DNA from: Lytechinus pictus
Lineage: Eukaryota
Length of the DNA: 64,000 nt
Assembly (NCBI RefSeq): GCF_037042905.1
Contig: NC_087251.1
Span: 27,964,001 to 28,028,000, forward strand
Reading direction: 5' to 3'
In this document: one piece after another, positions 13,024-27,400 of the stretch
Layout: every line of letters starts with the position of its first letter
How positions within the stretch are numbered: position 1 is the stretch's first letter
Notes under the pieces: model-generated
What the model was told of the DNA's origin: nothing
The model's input: the letters and a program-made list of their open reading frames with translations, nothing else
Databases searched by the model: none
Made by a program: the position numbers and the translations under genes

Positions 13024-13584
13024 AGGGAATTTCATCCTGACCTAAAGATGGTTCAAATACTAAAATCAGACAAACAAAAGACACATATTGGCAAAGAATG
13101 AGAACAAAAATATATGGACAGAGTTATGGATGTTTAAAGTTTTGATTTTAAGACATGTGAACAGCTTCCTCTTGTCTCATGTGTTATAAATTCCTTAAAA
13201 TGACTTCTCAGAAAATTGAAAGTGATTTTCTACATCATTTCATAAACCATAAAAAAGATGGGAAATTATGGAATTTGTATCATGTGCCTTATTGGGTAGC
13301 AACTCGCATATGTCAAAAATTAAAAACTTTAATTCATAATTCTCATATTTGATAGATATATGTCAAATTTTCACCATTATGTTTTGTATGTGTTTCTCCT
13401 TTTACTCAAACCAACTTTACATCACGGAAAACTTCCCGCTTAATGCTTTTGCCAGTGGCGTTAAATTTCAGGCTAAATATAATATGATCCACTTTCCACT
13501 GTAGTAGCACCGAGTTTGCCGATATCTTTCTAAACTTCTCTTGCTCATGTTGAAACACCTCAGTTGTCAGGGTGAATGTTCCCT
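13024..13584. mobile_element. Degenerate TTAA-flanked (Kolobok-like) non-autonomous DNA element
   Basis: TIRs AGGGAATTTCATCCTGAC / GTCAGGGTGAATGTTCCCT, then TTAA. Confidence 0.5.
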
Positions 13585-14139
13585 TTAACACGAGTGGGAC
13601 AAATACTATGAAGCTAAGAGTAATGCATTGAGTAACTTGACAAAACGCTTGGTTAGGTGAAGCTTTGGAATTTTTCAGGAATCCTGCTCATTTTCTTCCC
13701 TTCTCATTATCGATAGACAAAACAATGCAGGATTCAAGAAAGCAGCAATGACATCACACATGTGGCAAAGGGACACGACTTTTGTGGGCATACCTTTATA
13801 GTTTGTGGTGCTACTTGAAAATAATAACTTGCTTGTGTTTACATCTTGCCTCTTACACAATGTAACAGGATTGCTACTGTCAACGTGGTATTTCAGTGGT
13901 CTCAAGATTGCTAAAATACTTGGAATGCAAAGCTGTCAATGACTTATAGAACGGTATTCTCATTAATTAATTAATCGGGTCTCCTAAGTTCAGAGAATTA
14001 GTCCAAACTTCTACAGAATTCTTGGTTTTGCCTTCCATAGCTGTTTTTCACGCCAGAATGCACTTAATGATTCTTTTCACTTCAGAATTAAATAAATCTG
14101 TACTATTTTTTAACTTGGCAACTAGCACTCCACAAAGCA

Positions 14140-14267
14140 GGGGCCCATTTCATAAAACTTGTCATAATAACAAATTCTAATAACAGTTCAAGCTACTGAA
14201 TTGGCTGGTGGTGAATTTGTTATAGAAATTGTGCATTTGTTTTAACAAATGTTTTTAAAAGGGATCC
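14140..14267. mobile_element. Degraded Harbinger-like MITE
   Basis: CAG-GGGCCCATTTCATAAAAC left end; decayed right end. Confidence 0.45.
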
Positions 14268-16150
14268 TAGTCTTAAGTTAATTTGGGTTAACTTAATCCT
14301 CTAAGAATACATATTGATTATGCTCAAACAAGTAATTATTACGAAGTGGTATTAAAATAAAGGGTATTCTTATAAGTTACTCAGTGCCAGTGTGCTGTAT
14401 GTGAAATGAAAACTTCATTAAAATGCAAAATTTCAATTTGAAATACTCTGTTATTAAAAAGATGGTACATTTGTATGACATAGGTATCATATAGGTATCA
14501 TGATCACATTGCTGACATACCCATATCAGCAACTTTCAAGTTATATACAAATGTGCTTGTTCTTGCTTCTGTAGTACTTTATTAATGTATTTTGTAAGGG
14601 GATTGGGCAACATTTATAGTATCGAGTAAATACATGGTGCTAACCATACATGTAGTTATGTAAAAGGAGAATCTTAAAAAGTACCAACATTCTTGCAAAC
14701 CAGATATGCCCATGGTTAACATTTTGTATCTTTCTCATTAACATAGTTTAGTGATTTGGACTTTACATACAAGACTCATTAATGTTTTATGTTGACTGAA
14801 AGTCTTGTATAATTCACTGAACATGAATGGAGATTTGATATGCATTGGAATCGTTCTTTCATTTTGATCCTTTTATGACGAGAGAAGAGTAGGTTGTTAG
14901 AGAATTGAGACGTCCTATACATCTTATTGTCTTGATTAATTTTTTGTTTTTACTTTTCCTCAATACAACACTGCAATCTGCATATTCTTGTACAGTTCTG
15001 CCTGCGTATTTAAAGTAATATGGATGTTGATGGTGAGAGGCGAGAGTTGTTCATACATTATGCACTGCACTCAACTTGTGGCTCTCTCAAAAATGTTTTA
15101 ACAAATGAAATGTGTCTATTGAATAAACTCGCTTTATTGCAACAATTAATTGACAGTTTCAACAGATTATGCTGTTTTGTTTTGCATGTTGTGGTCATTA
15201 CTAATGAGTTTGTGATTTACTGAAGTAAATGTATTGAGATTTTGATGTTTGTCTTGCAATTAAGTAATTACTGTAGTGAGCCATTTTGTGGTTACTTTGG
15301 AAAGTTGTATAGTTCATTGCGTGTGGCATATTCATGGGGCATGTGCCCTGGGTGCCTCTTCAGGGGAATGGACCCAGAAGAAGAAAATGATATGTAAAAA
15401 AGAAAGAAACAATATGATAGTTAATTGCAATAACAACAAAGAACAACCCAGGTAGGGTGTTGGAAAGGGGCACCTTTCATAGTGCTTTAAAGATTCCTTG
15501 TTGGGTTTGGTAGAAATTAAGTTGAAAGATCAGAGATGAAATTGAAAAGTGAGGAGAAGAGTATCATTCCTTGAAATAATGTGAAGTCGTGAAACATTGT
15601 TTACCAGGTGAGTTGTGGAGGCTTTACTTTCACCACTTACCTAATATGAAAATGAAGAAAAATCACACAAAAAGGCATAATTTTTACGGTTAGATAACAT
15701 TTTCTTTTGGTAAAAATCTGTACATATATTCACATATTTACACCAAAGCCATCAACTACACACATGTATAATAACTGATGGCTAAAGCTACCATTTTGTT
15801 GTTCATAATCCAAACAGTTGGTGTACTAGCAGTTAAATTTCATTCACACTTTTGAGGTAGTGCTTGACATTGTCATGTGGACTATATGCTGAATATATTT
15901 CAAATACAACTTGATTAGTTGAATATTCACTCAAGTCTCATAATTTCTTTTAGACCAAATTATGCATAACAGATTTCTCTTGTCCTAAACTAATTGACTT
16001 TTGGCAAAACAACATGTATTTTAGTTCATCGATAACACAACATGGCACATTGAGTCCCATGAAATAACAAAAAATAAAATCATTCATTAAACAGTTCTTG
16101 AAAGATGAATTCATTCATAATCAGATCATATTGTGCATGATATAAAGCTG

Positions 16151-16311
16151 GGTGGGTGTTTCATAAAGCTGTTTGTAAAGTTATGCACGACTATTACATG
16201 TTTTTAGGTCCTACATAAATTACATAAGGATATATCGCTTAGCACAAGAAAGGGTCAGGAGTTGTGCGTGAAGTCATTTTAAACTTACGAACAGCTTTAT
16301 GAAACAGCCCA
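16151..16311. mobile_element. Harbinger-like MITE
   Basis: TIRs GGGTGTTTCATAAAGCTGTT / AACAGCTTTATGAAACAGCCC; CTG on both flanks. Confidence 0.7.
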
Positions 16312-18336
16312 CTGTATGTACATGTTTCTTATGTAGGTAGTAACTAATGGCCACCACACTGTTTATGATTGGTCTATGACCTGATTTGATATGAACACTT
16401 AACATGGGATGTACTACAGTCCAAATTCTGAATCATATGAACACTTCAGGCTTAATTAATGCCTTTTCTTTTCTTCTCATAGCTATAAAAGTGAAATGTG
16501 ACTCATAATATTGTAATGATTATGACGTCATAGCAATGGTAAAATTGACTACAATTTTCAAACGATTGCCATTTATAATGATTTTTATAATATTCTTATT
16601 CTGAATCTCGGATAATATCATTCTTTTTATTATATTATTAGAAATATACAAAATGCCGGGGGGGGGGGGGCGAATCAATCATAATTATGCTAAAATCAAA
16701 TTAAAAATAATCATATCTTTATGAATAAGGTGAGAAAACTCAATTTACATTGACTTTGTACATAAAATTTTTGGTCTGACATGCACTTACGTAATGTTGC
16801 GTACTTATCAAAAAAAATTTCACGCAGAGGAATGGTCCCAGAAATGTCGAGGGGGGTGCTGATTCAACCCCCCCCCCCCCCCATTAGCATGTTTTAATGA
16901 ATGGACTAATATACTTAACACTACTGTCTGTATCTAAACTGTGCTGCATTAAACCCAGGTCTTAATTTACAACAATTTATTTATTAGGTAAAAATTATGG
17001 GAGGAAATATTTACATCATAAAATGTCAGCATCAAACACCCTAGAAAAGCCAGTGGCTTGAAATTTACAAGGATTAATAGCATATAATGACAATGTAGTG
17101 ATACAATTAATACCAATATAAGAACATCAAATGAAATCTGTTAAATAAGTGGCAAGAAGATATCTATGGAGTAACAATGGTCATAGTGGATCAAGGTTCC
17201 ATTATTTCAGGATGAAGTCACTTAATGTTCTATTAAATTCATCTGTGGCAGTTTCAAACACGAATATGGCACCAATTTCTTCATATGAGGAGAATGGGTA
17301 CCTGGCATGATTATTTGTTTAATGTACTAAGCTATTTTCCAGAATTGATTTTCACAACAGATAAAATGGATTTAATTTTTAATGATGCAATTTGGTTTTC
17401 TTGTGGCAAAAGGGCAAGTTATCTGCACAAAGGCCTTTTCATAAATGTTGGCAGTGTGAATTTTTGCACTAGTTCGTTGTGGATAGTTTTACAATAATTT
17501 GCAATGAATGCTGGCAAATTAAGCCTACTGGCATGTACAACAGATCATGTGACTAAAGTTTAAAGATGAGAAACTCTTTAAATTGTGTTGAAATTGACAG
17601 AATGTGAATTTTTTTCTTTCTTTTGGGGCCAATGAACAGGGCAGTATCAATTGACACATTCACGTATGACTCTATTGCAACATTTTTAATTTCTAAGGAT
17701 GACAAGATGTTTTATGATGATGAAAATTTACAATTTCATACAGAATGATGATGATCTTCACATTGGCAATTTCATGTGGACTGCTTTATCAAGAAAACCA
17801 ATCTTACTATATTAAACTTGATATTCATTATTCATGGGAGAATGTATTAAGAATTTGTATCACGTGCAAACATTTTGACAGAGGTAATTGTCAGGAAAAT
17901 ATTGGCAAAATTTGGTAGTGCCTTAATAATTTTTTATTATTATCATTAAGACATCCAGACAAATTAAGGGCCAATTTTTCCAAACTATAAGATTATTGCC
18001 TAGGATAAGCAATAATTAACCACAATGAATTACAGTGAAGCCTTTAAAAGGACGCAAAAGGCAAGGGTGGGTGGTTCTTATGAAGGCTCTTGTGATACAT
18101 TTTCAATGATGAATACTTTAAATCTTGAGGCCTTCATAGACATTACACTGATGATCACTAACAAAGGTTACAACTCCCATTTCTATAAGTTGTCATCAGA
18201 CTTCTAGAAAAGTCCTCTGCACTCAGAAGATATGACAGTTCTGTTATCAATATGACATTACATGAGATCCTGCTTACATATAAAGCACTTTCATCTCTCA
18301 CCTTGAGTAGCAAAAAGGCATTTACAAAACTGGACA

Positions 18337-18443
18337 TCATGTTTTTGATTGATGTGTAATATTTGAGACAGAGCGATGGTGAAGGCTTCCTGATGTGTGT
18401 GTTGATGAGTCTGTCCTTCCTGCATATTGAGGCTCATTACATT
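18337..18443 (-). CDS. CATSPERG: CATSPERG terminal coding exon (ECNEPQY...THQSKT*)
   Basis: ttcag| acceptor, TGA at 18339-18337. Confidence 0.65.
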
Positions 18444-21400
18444 CTGAAATGAACAGGACAAAGAAGGGAAATAATTTCTTTAAGCTGTAAATGCCCTGTA
18501 TCATAAAATCATGGAGTCGATTGGTGTACTTGCTGCCAGTCGGGCAGGACATGCACACATCTGCTGATGTCACTTCTAACAGCAGCCGAAGCATATGTGA
18601 GTTCCAGCATTCAATAATGGCATCAGTGTAAGCGTTGTATAACGTTGGTATCAATGGGCAGCTGGCACTGTCTGCAGCTTGTACATAATTGAATACACAC
18701 AGGTACTTCTGCCTGTTGATTAATACCAAAAACTTGACAAATGTTCTTATTATTACTGTCAATTTAATATGTTTTTGAAATAATTGATTCTCTTTTTGAA
18801 AGAACATGATATAACTTACCATCTGGAGGAAATCCATGATAATCTTCATCATTCCTTACTAAGCTTTCAATGACAGTACTTGTTGTGGAAAAACCTGAAT
18901 AATAAGAGATACAGATACAACAAGTATTTAAGATGCCAGTTCACAACAAGACTATAATACTTATTACTCAATCATAAAGTTGCAGGGATTTTCAATCTCT
19001 TTTCTTTCACTAAAAAAAACCCCTGTCCACTTTCATTAAATTTGACATTTGATCAAGACATATATATTCACATATTATTCACTCCGCATTTTCCTCTCAC
19101 AGTTTCATATACACATATACAAAATTGCTATTACTTTTGAAGATAAAGCTTGCTTGTGTGAGCTCTATTCAACATAGAAATGTTCACTTAAATATTGTTC
19201 TTGACAACCTGAAAGCTTTTCCTTACAAAAGAAACTAACAATGTACATACCTTGCTTTGTAAAGCAGTAATTGAAAAGGTCTGTAGATATATTGGGGGTC
19301 AAGTTACTAAGATGAAAAGCAATACTCACTTTATCACCATTTGATTTCAAAGTATGAACTCACCAGTTGGCCTTTCTTCTGAACCTTCTTGATAGTGGAC
19401 CGCTAGTTCAACCTCCTCTGAGGAATCACTGCTGACTGGTACCACCTTGCTTGGGTGTTCATGCCCAGTGCAGGGTGATGTCAAGCTATGCCACAACCAC
19501 CTTTCATTGAAGTTGCATGCAATGAAAACACCCACCGCCAGTATAGTTCCTACGAAGGACCACTGTATGATGATGATAAAAATAATAGGCTTATATATAG
19601 CGTCATCAATCTAGATACATTAAATTAGTTTGAGGCGCACGATTATTATTAATACCCCAGCTTTAGTTTGAGCTGCTGCTTCCAGCGCTCAGTACTTGCA
19701 AGGCTGGGTATCCATTCATTTCTTCTGGGTTGAGTGCAGCACATTGTACATAAATTTATTAAATAAGGAAAACTTGATATGGCTGGGATTTAACCTATAA
19801 CTCAGATTGAAAGACAAGTCAGAACTATATGCATCAGACCCACAAACAGATACTGATATGGTAATATGAAATGACTCTCAAGACAAATAAATGTATATAT
19901 CCTCTGTGACCTTTGACCTCCTGATCCCAAATTCTAATCATATCACTGTCCTTCCAATATACTTTTTAAAAAAGTTTCAAACGTTTCTTCGGAGATAACA
20001 AGAATAAGTTATAGCAACAATATATTTTTTTCTTCAACATCAAACACCATGGATTGCAGATTAAGTCCAGCTTTGTTATTCTTTATCAATAAGGACAGGT
20101 GATCCACAATTTAATGTTTTGGTTCTATTCAACTTGATTCTATAGTGCAGCCACTGCTCCAGACTCCATTGTTCAGTAGCAGGCAAGAATTCATTCATGA
20201 ACTTTATTGCAGCCATGCAAGGAATGCCAAACTCCTGTTCCTCCTGCTACTTTAACCAGAATAAGGCATGAGAGAAATCCCACTATTACCATACTTCCTT
20301 GCACTCAGTACAAGCTTTTCTCCTACAGTGAGAACATGTATAATTTCATCTACAGTAGTTATCTTATTTTCTCTCCACTCATCAAGAAGCCTTTAAACAT
20401 GGATTATTACACTTGGATTTTCTACAGTCATTTTTTCCATCTGGAGAACCAGCTTTTAGTTACATCCTTTTGATTTCCATTTGCTTCTATAAATATCCGT
20501 CACCAGCACCATCCAATTTAGAGATGTGCAATATATTATTATTTTGGAGAACTCTTTGCTCAAACTCATCATGACATATTTTGCTGAGCCATTGCGAGTG
20601 TGTTCTTTATTGAAGCATGACCTGCATATTTACATATATTCTACGCTTCTATTTTCAATTGACAACATGTCATCATGCCGAAATTTGAATACTATTAACC
20701 AATTCTTCATCAAGCGCTCGGAGGCTGGTGAGTTTACTCAAAATATTCTTACATATATAACAACCTCTGTGATCTTTGAACTCTAACCTCATGTCCCCTA
20801 AATCTAATTAGATCTAGTCATATTTGCAAGGGGGAAATTTGAATTTTATTCAAACAGTTCTTTCAGTTGTAGCAAGAACCACTCACACTAGTACGAGGTT
20901 AGTATATATAATATATACTAACCTCGTACACCGAACCGTGTTTGACCCTTGATTTCGAAGTAGTCGGCAAACATCGCTTCATTGCTGAAGTAATATTTGC
21001 CGAAACTCCTTCTCGCTACTCACCGGGGCTCTTTCCGGTAAGTAGCAATACATTAAAAAATTAAAAATGTAATTTGAATATAATAATCGGTCAAAAAGAG
21101 CAAATTTCGCTTACCTCGGCCTGGAAAGTAACTTCGCTTGTCTCTTCTACGGAAATACAAGGAGGCCCGTTGGTGGCGCTAATAAATTTCACAACCTTGA
21201 TTCAGCTCCTTGGTAATTTTATAACTGTGTCTAAATTCTTTGAATGCGCAATTCTTATGATTAATTTACTAATTATGGGCACCAATAAATGAAATACCTT
21301 CAAACATGTCAAAAACTAAAAAAAAACTCACCAATTCAAGATTATTATTGGCGATGATAACACTTTTCTGCAATTAAATTAAAACGATGACTAATAAAGA

Positions 21401-24400
21401 AAAATTGAAAAAAATATACGTGCCTGGAACGAAACCAGCAGTACAGGCTTTAACGAACATCAATAATACGGTATACCAAAGTCTTTACAATGAAAAGATT
21501 GGACACTTCACGGACTTTGCGTAATGACCTGCGTCAATTTGCGTGTAAAATAGTGTAGGTGCCTAGTCTTTCCCTTGTCGTGTCTTTGATATGAATATAA
21601 ATCGTGTGCCCTCTTTAGACGAAAATTGATATCGGCGCTGACCAAATTTTATCTCCGTGAAATCTTCACTAAAGATCAAGAAAATATACATATTTTTTAT
21701 AAGAAACTTCAAGGAGAAGTCACAGAAGGATCTAAATGATTGGGTAAGTATCATAGCAGAATGTGAAATCCCTAATTATGTGTGATGTTTTATGTGGGCG
21801 AAAGCCCAGTAGTATATGGATGTGTCGTGTGTGTCACGTTATTATGAATGATATTCCTTCGCACGCGAGATGATATGAGCCCATGGGTGAGCAAGAACAA
21901 GATACTTCAATGTACATAACAACCTCTGTGATCTTTTAGCTGCATGTAGGAAATGCATCTTTTGAACATGAACATTTTTTTTAAAACATGTTTATTTGGT
22001 ATAAAAACCTGTGTGATCTTTGCCCTGATACTCCAACACTAATCAGGGGCCGATAGTATGAAAGGGTCTCTGAAAAACAGTGTTTTGTTATGATGCATCA
22101 TACAATGTACCTTTATTATACCCCTGCCAAAGTCTGAAGGGGGTATATAGGAATCAGCATACGGTCGGGCAACCTGTCTGTTGCTAATCTTGTGCTTCGA
22201 ACTACTTCATCAATTTTCAACCAATTTTCATGAAATTCAGAACTGACATTGGTCTTGGGGTAGCCAGGAGGCTCCTAACAGAGTAAAAATCATTCACTAA
22301 CATGTGCTTACTCTCCAAGGAGCCAGGGGCCTGTTGCATAAAACTTTTTACCTGAGAAAACTCTGGTAAAAACTGAAAACTAAGGTTAGTCTGATTTCTG
22401 CCATTGACTTTAACACTGGGCAAAAACTCCGGTTAAATCCACCTGAGTTTTCTCAGGTAAAAAGTTTTATGCAACGGGCCCCAGGGGTTGCGTCCCATTT
22501 ATGTGCGTGTACCGCAAAAAAACTGAAATTTTCGCCGCCGAGATTACTTTCCTTCTAAAAGATCTAGCCCTAAATCATGTAAATAGGATACAGCTTCATT
22601 TCTGACATTTATACGACATTGATTTCATTTTTAAACGAAAATTCATTAAATAAACATGAAAAATATTTTGAGAAGATGGGGAAAAACTTGCCGATGTTAA
22701 CGTCGCCATCTCGCCAAGCTACAAGACGCATATCCTCTGAAGCAATTTATTTGCTAGCACTGATGTCTGCCTGCCAGGGTTGGGTTCAATTACAAGGTAA
22801 TTGATCAATTACGTAATTAATTACATTTTTTGAGTAATTGTAATTGTAATTGAAGTTTCAAAATGGAAATTGTCATTGTAATTGAGAAAAATGTAATTGA
22901 CTTCAATTACTGTCAATTATTTTTAATTACATTCAATTACTTTAAACCTATCTAATTCATGATTTAATTTCATGACCTTTTTCATGTCAACTGCTTCAGC
23001 ATCAAAGAGAGTAACAGGCAGAATCCATACTTTTTAACCTTAACCCTTCATCTTGTCAGTTTGTCTGTAACTCAGAAATACGTAAATAGGTGGTACTATG
23101 TACAGAATAAAATTGGGTTTCATTTAAGACTTTCCTAGAAAGTAATTAATTGACAAAAGTAATTGGTATTGTAATTGAAAAAAAATGTAATTTACTTGAA
23201 AAGTATTTGTAATTGAACATTTCTTCAATTACATGTCAGCTTTTTAGCACTGTGAGGGTTTGATTTCTCTGATAAATTAATTCTTGACTTGATTCATGGA
23301 TTAAATACCTGTAATATAAATCTCATAACATGTAGGCCTTCAACTGAAATATCTGAAGAAGTAAACGAATGGTGATGAAAACAAACAATCTTAGTGTGAC
23401 TGAAAATAAATTGTAAATATTAATTACTTCAATGTACAGAAACAGGAATAAATAATTATTTGAACAGTATATGCTCCATGAAACTGCTGTCAATATTTCG
23501 CCTTTTACGCAATATATCAATATAAAAATTCATTTATATCACCAGAGCTTAAATCGGCCCCAGATCATCATTGTCACTTCTAACTTATACCAAGTTTGAA
23601 GTTGATTCATCAAATGGCTTTTTTGTTACTTATAGCAAGAATGACAATAGGATGGATGGAAGGACAACCCCAAAACATATTGCAATGGCATCCACATACA
23701 GTGGACGGAGGCATATCAAGTAAACAAAATGAATTTTTTTTTTCAATAGCACTAAGTACTTACCACAACAATAATAACTGCACTCTTGCTACCAATAGCC
23801 ATGCCATGTACATGCACAACAAACTGCAGATCATACTGGCAGTAGGTGGAATCCGTATCGACTCTATAATTGGTCATCTCAATGAGAAAGTAATACTCAG
23901 GACTGTAAAGACGTTTGCTGGAAGGGAACACATCAGAGCAAGGTGATCCCCTTTGGCAGATCCACTGTATAGAGTTACTTTGATGAGAGTACACAGGGGT
24001 AGAGTCGTTTATTATGCTCTCCATGTCCACTGGCTGCCATATGCGTGCTCCGTTTCTAGATGGAACAAAAAGACAGAAGCTGCATGGGTCTTTCGGAAAA
24101 AAGTTTGCTTGTTGGCAAAAAGATTGTGACTTTTTAACCTAATCATGAAAGTTTGTTTTAAAGGGATGTGTGTGGTTTGGCATTTTTGCTGATGGTTTGT
24201 TACAAATATCGCATTGAAAACATTTTAATTTCCTTTCAAGATGGCTGCAGTACATTAATAGCATAAGGTACTGGTAGCTTGCTCTGCAGATTAATCATGA
24301 TTATAAATACTACATGAGATTTGTATAGTGCACCTTCCATCTTGATTAGATGCTCACGGCGGTTCAGAGCAGAACAAAAACTATTTACATATAATACATG

Positions 24401-27400
24401 TCTGAACAATAAGTCAATGTCTATCAAAAAGCACTCTTATACAGGGGTTTTTCAGGCTGCCCTGAAAAATGTGATATATTATACATTAAGGACGTTCCAC
24501 AGTTATATTTGTGCGCATTATGATCTGCGCATAGTTTACACTCTGCGCGCTGACGTCACAATGGATGAACAGGTATTAATTAGCTGCGGGTATGAGCTGA
24601 TTTTTCTCGTCTTCTGCACTTTAACTGCAGATCCGATGCGTTATTTCATGAAGCTAAAAAATTGAATTATTCCATGGACCATTCAAAAAAATATTCTCTA
24701 CAATTTCAAAATACTTTACTCTGCAGTGCTGCCAAGAATCACGAATATTAGCCCGAGTTTGAATAAATGGTAGAGTGGTTTTGATTTTTTCTTCACATAG
24801 ATACTAAGCATTCGGCCCATTTTTGGTGTTTTAAAAAGCACATTTGCTCTAATAAAAATGCTGATAGTTTAAAAACAAGCACATGAACCCCTATTTTTTA
24901 ATGTTTCTACCTCTTAGGTGTACCTTCCTCTACAACTCTGCAAATTTTGGTGAAAATGACATGGATTTTGAATAAAGTGCAGCATTTATTGTACGTTTGT
25001 ATTTTGTTACTGAAATTTTACATTTTTCAGATTGGGATTTTGTTATCTTTTACGCCATTTTTAAGAACTGACAGTGCTGTTAAACTTAAAATTGCAAACA
25101 AATAGCACTATTAATAGATTCTCCATTCTCACGATACAATTATTAACTCTCTTGCGAAATTTGATGACTTTTTCATGTATTTTGAATGAGTAATGGAGGT
25201 TTAAACTCATTGTAGTAATCTTGGGCGGTCTAAAAATACCAAATTCTTTTGAATGCGCAATTCTTAAGAACATCAATTTGGGTGAACTTTGAAGCTCTAT
25301 AGCAAAAAATCAAGCACATGGACCTATGTTAATTTTTGCATATTTCGAATATTAAGGTTCTAAAGTATCTATGTGCAAAGTTTGGTGAAAATGACATGGA
25401 TTTCACTTTAACTGTGGAACGTCCTTAAGCTGTTCTTTACTGGAACCTAAATGAAGACATGAGCCCTATCACGAATGAATCAAGAGAGAAAGAAAAGGAG
25501 AATATCATACCGATGGCAATGCATGAGCATAAATCTACCCCTTCTGACATGCCATTTAGAAATGGCAATAGGTGCAGTATTTGGATATTACTGGGCCATT
25601 TAAAAAAATGCTGCCCTGAAAAATGTGATATATTATACATTAAGCTGTTCTTTACTGGAACCTAAATGAAGACATGAGCCCTATCACGAATGAATCAAGA
25701 GAGAAAGAAAAGGAGAATATCATACCAATGGCAATGCATGAGCATAAATCTACCCCTTCTGACATGCCATTTAGAAATGGCAATAGGTGCAGTATTTGGA
25801 TATTACTGGGCCATTTTAAAAAATGCTTCGCAATTGTTCATAATTCATACAGTTGACTTAATATTTAATCATAATCATGTGATGATTAATGCAGTTCATC
25901 AAAAAAAATCAGACCGAAGTTAAATTGCTTGGCTTTGTTAAATATAAACAGATTGTTGAAATTCATCAATATCTGGTGCAGAGAACCATGGACATAATAG
26001 CATGTTAAAAGCAACACAATAATTCATAAGAAGCAAATGCAATGTTCTGAAAACAGATAAAACAAGAAAAAACAAGCCTAGCTACTTACATGTCTAAGTC
26101 ATTAAATTTTTGCTGCTGCTCCGGTGTAAATAAAACAATATCCTTTTCACTTAGATCACTCCCACCCAGCACTTTCAGTGTGTATTGACCGGTGAAGAGA
26201 CTAGCTTCTCCTGTTGTGAAATCCACTACCTTGAACATTGGTCGGAATACTGGTAAATGAATTGCAGATATAACATTGGTAATTAAAATAATAATTGGTT
26301 TTTATTGAACACTATTACAGAAAAGCTGATCAGAGCAACAGGACTGATAGAAAAAAAAACCATACAAATAATGCAAAATGACATTAAGAATTATAGGAGG
26401 GAAGAGTTAGGTGTGAAGGATTTTTGCCAATTGTCTTCTGTGTTTATAATCATTAAAACAATATCAAACATATCATTTCAAGTTCTTTCAAGTGAAGTCT
26501 GATATATGGAGCTTGTCCTTTTCTCTCCTTCTTTAAAGCATGAATGAAGGACAGGAAGAAAATAAGGGAGAAGAATAAGTATTTTCAAAAGTTACCTGCA
26601 ATGTTCAGGCCTTGATTGTACATATTAATTTACAGATTATATCATAAATGACCATTAAACTATTTCAAAATCCTTTTTCAATTTTTTTCTAATTATCAAG
26701 CTCAAGCATGTGAACATCTTGTCAGTATAAGCTATTACATGCCAAATTAATTGAAATTTAATGAAAACTGCGATGAAGATTTTGAGATGACATTCAAAGT
26801 ACGATATGAAATTCACATAGTTGTCTTTATCATTACTGTTTTACATCATCATGAACATTTTTAATACCAGCATCACAATAATCAAATCAAATTTAGAATC
26901 TCTTATTTCTTCAGTTACTCAGTCAAATTATATAACTGACAGCTTAGAATATCCTTACCATCATGATAATGGAGACAAGGTCTGTTTTCAGTGGTGATGG
27001 GACAGTCATAATAAAATCGCTTCTCAAGAATGTCAATGCTGGTTTGAAGATCGAAGACTAGCTTTCTCCCTGGTGGGCAACCAAGCATTACATCCATTGT
27101 ATAGATACCCTTTACAGAGATACAGAGATATTTGTGAGACTTCCATGATTAAACCTCAATTAATAATTATTATCATAAAAATTACAACTACAAGGATAGG
27201 CATTTTCTACCTTCATCTTTCTACAAATAATCCTTTCTAAGGTGTACTTTATAAGAATGGCTTCCGCTCAAACGTCCATTTGGGTATGTAATAATTTGAT
27301 ACAAGAAAAATTGTATGGAAGTACTGATTCAAGAATGTAATAAGCGAGAAAAAAAATAAAAATTATACACTGTTTTATAAGAGCCATTAATTGTGCTCTT

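Noticed and set aside
18444..18819. 171-aa ORF 18337-18852 as a single coding exon
   Set aside because: It crosses a good donor (18819) and acceptor (18444), and its N-terminal part is out of frame with the spliced model.
25459..25856. Duplicated small ORFs MSPITNESRE...
   Set aside because: By-product of the 215-bp intronic tandem duplication, with no coding support.
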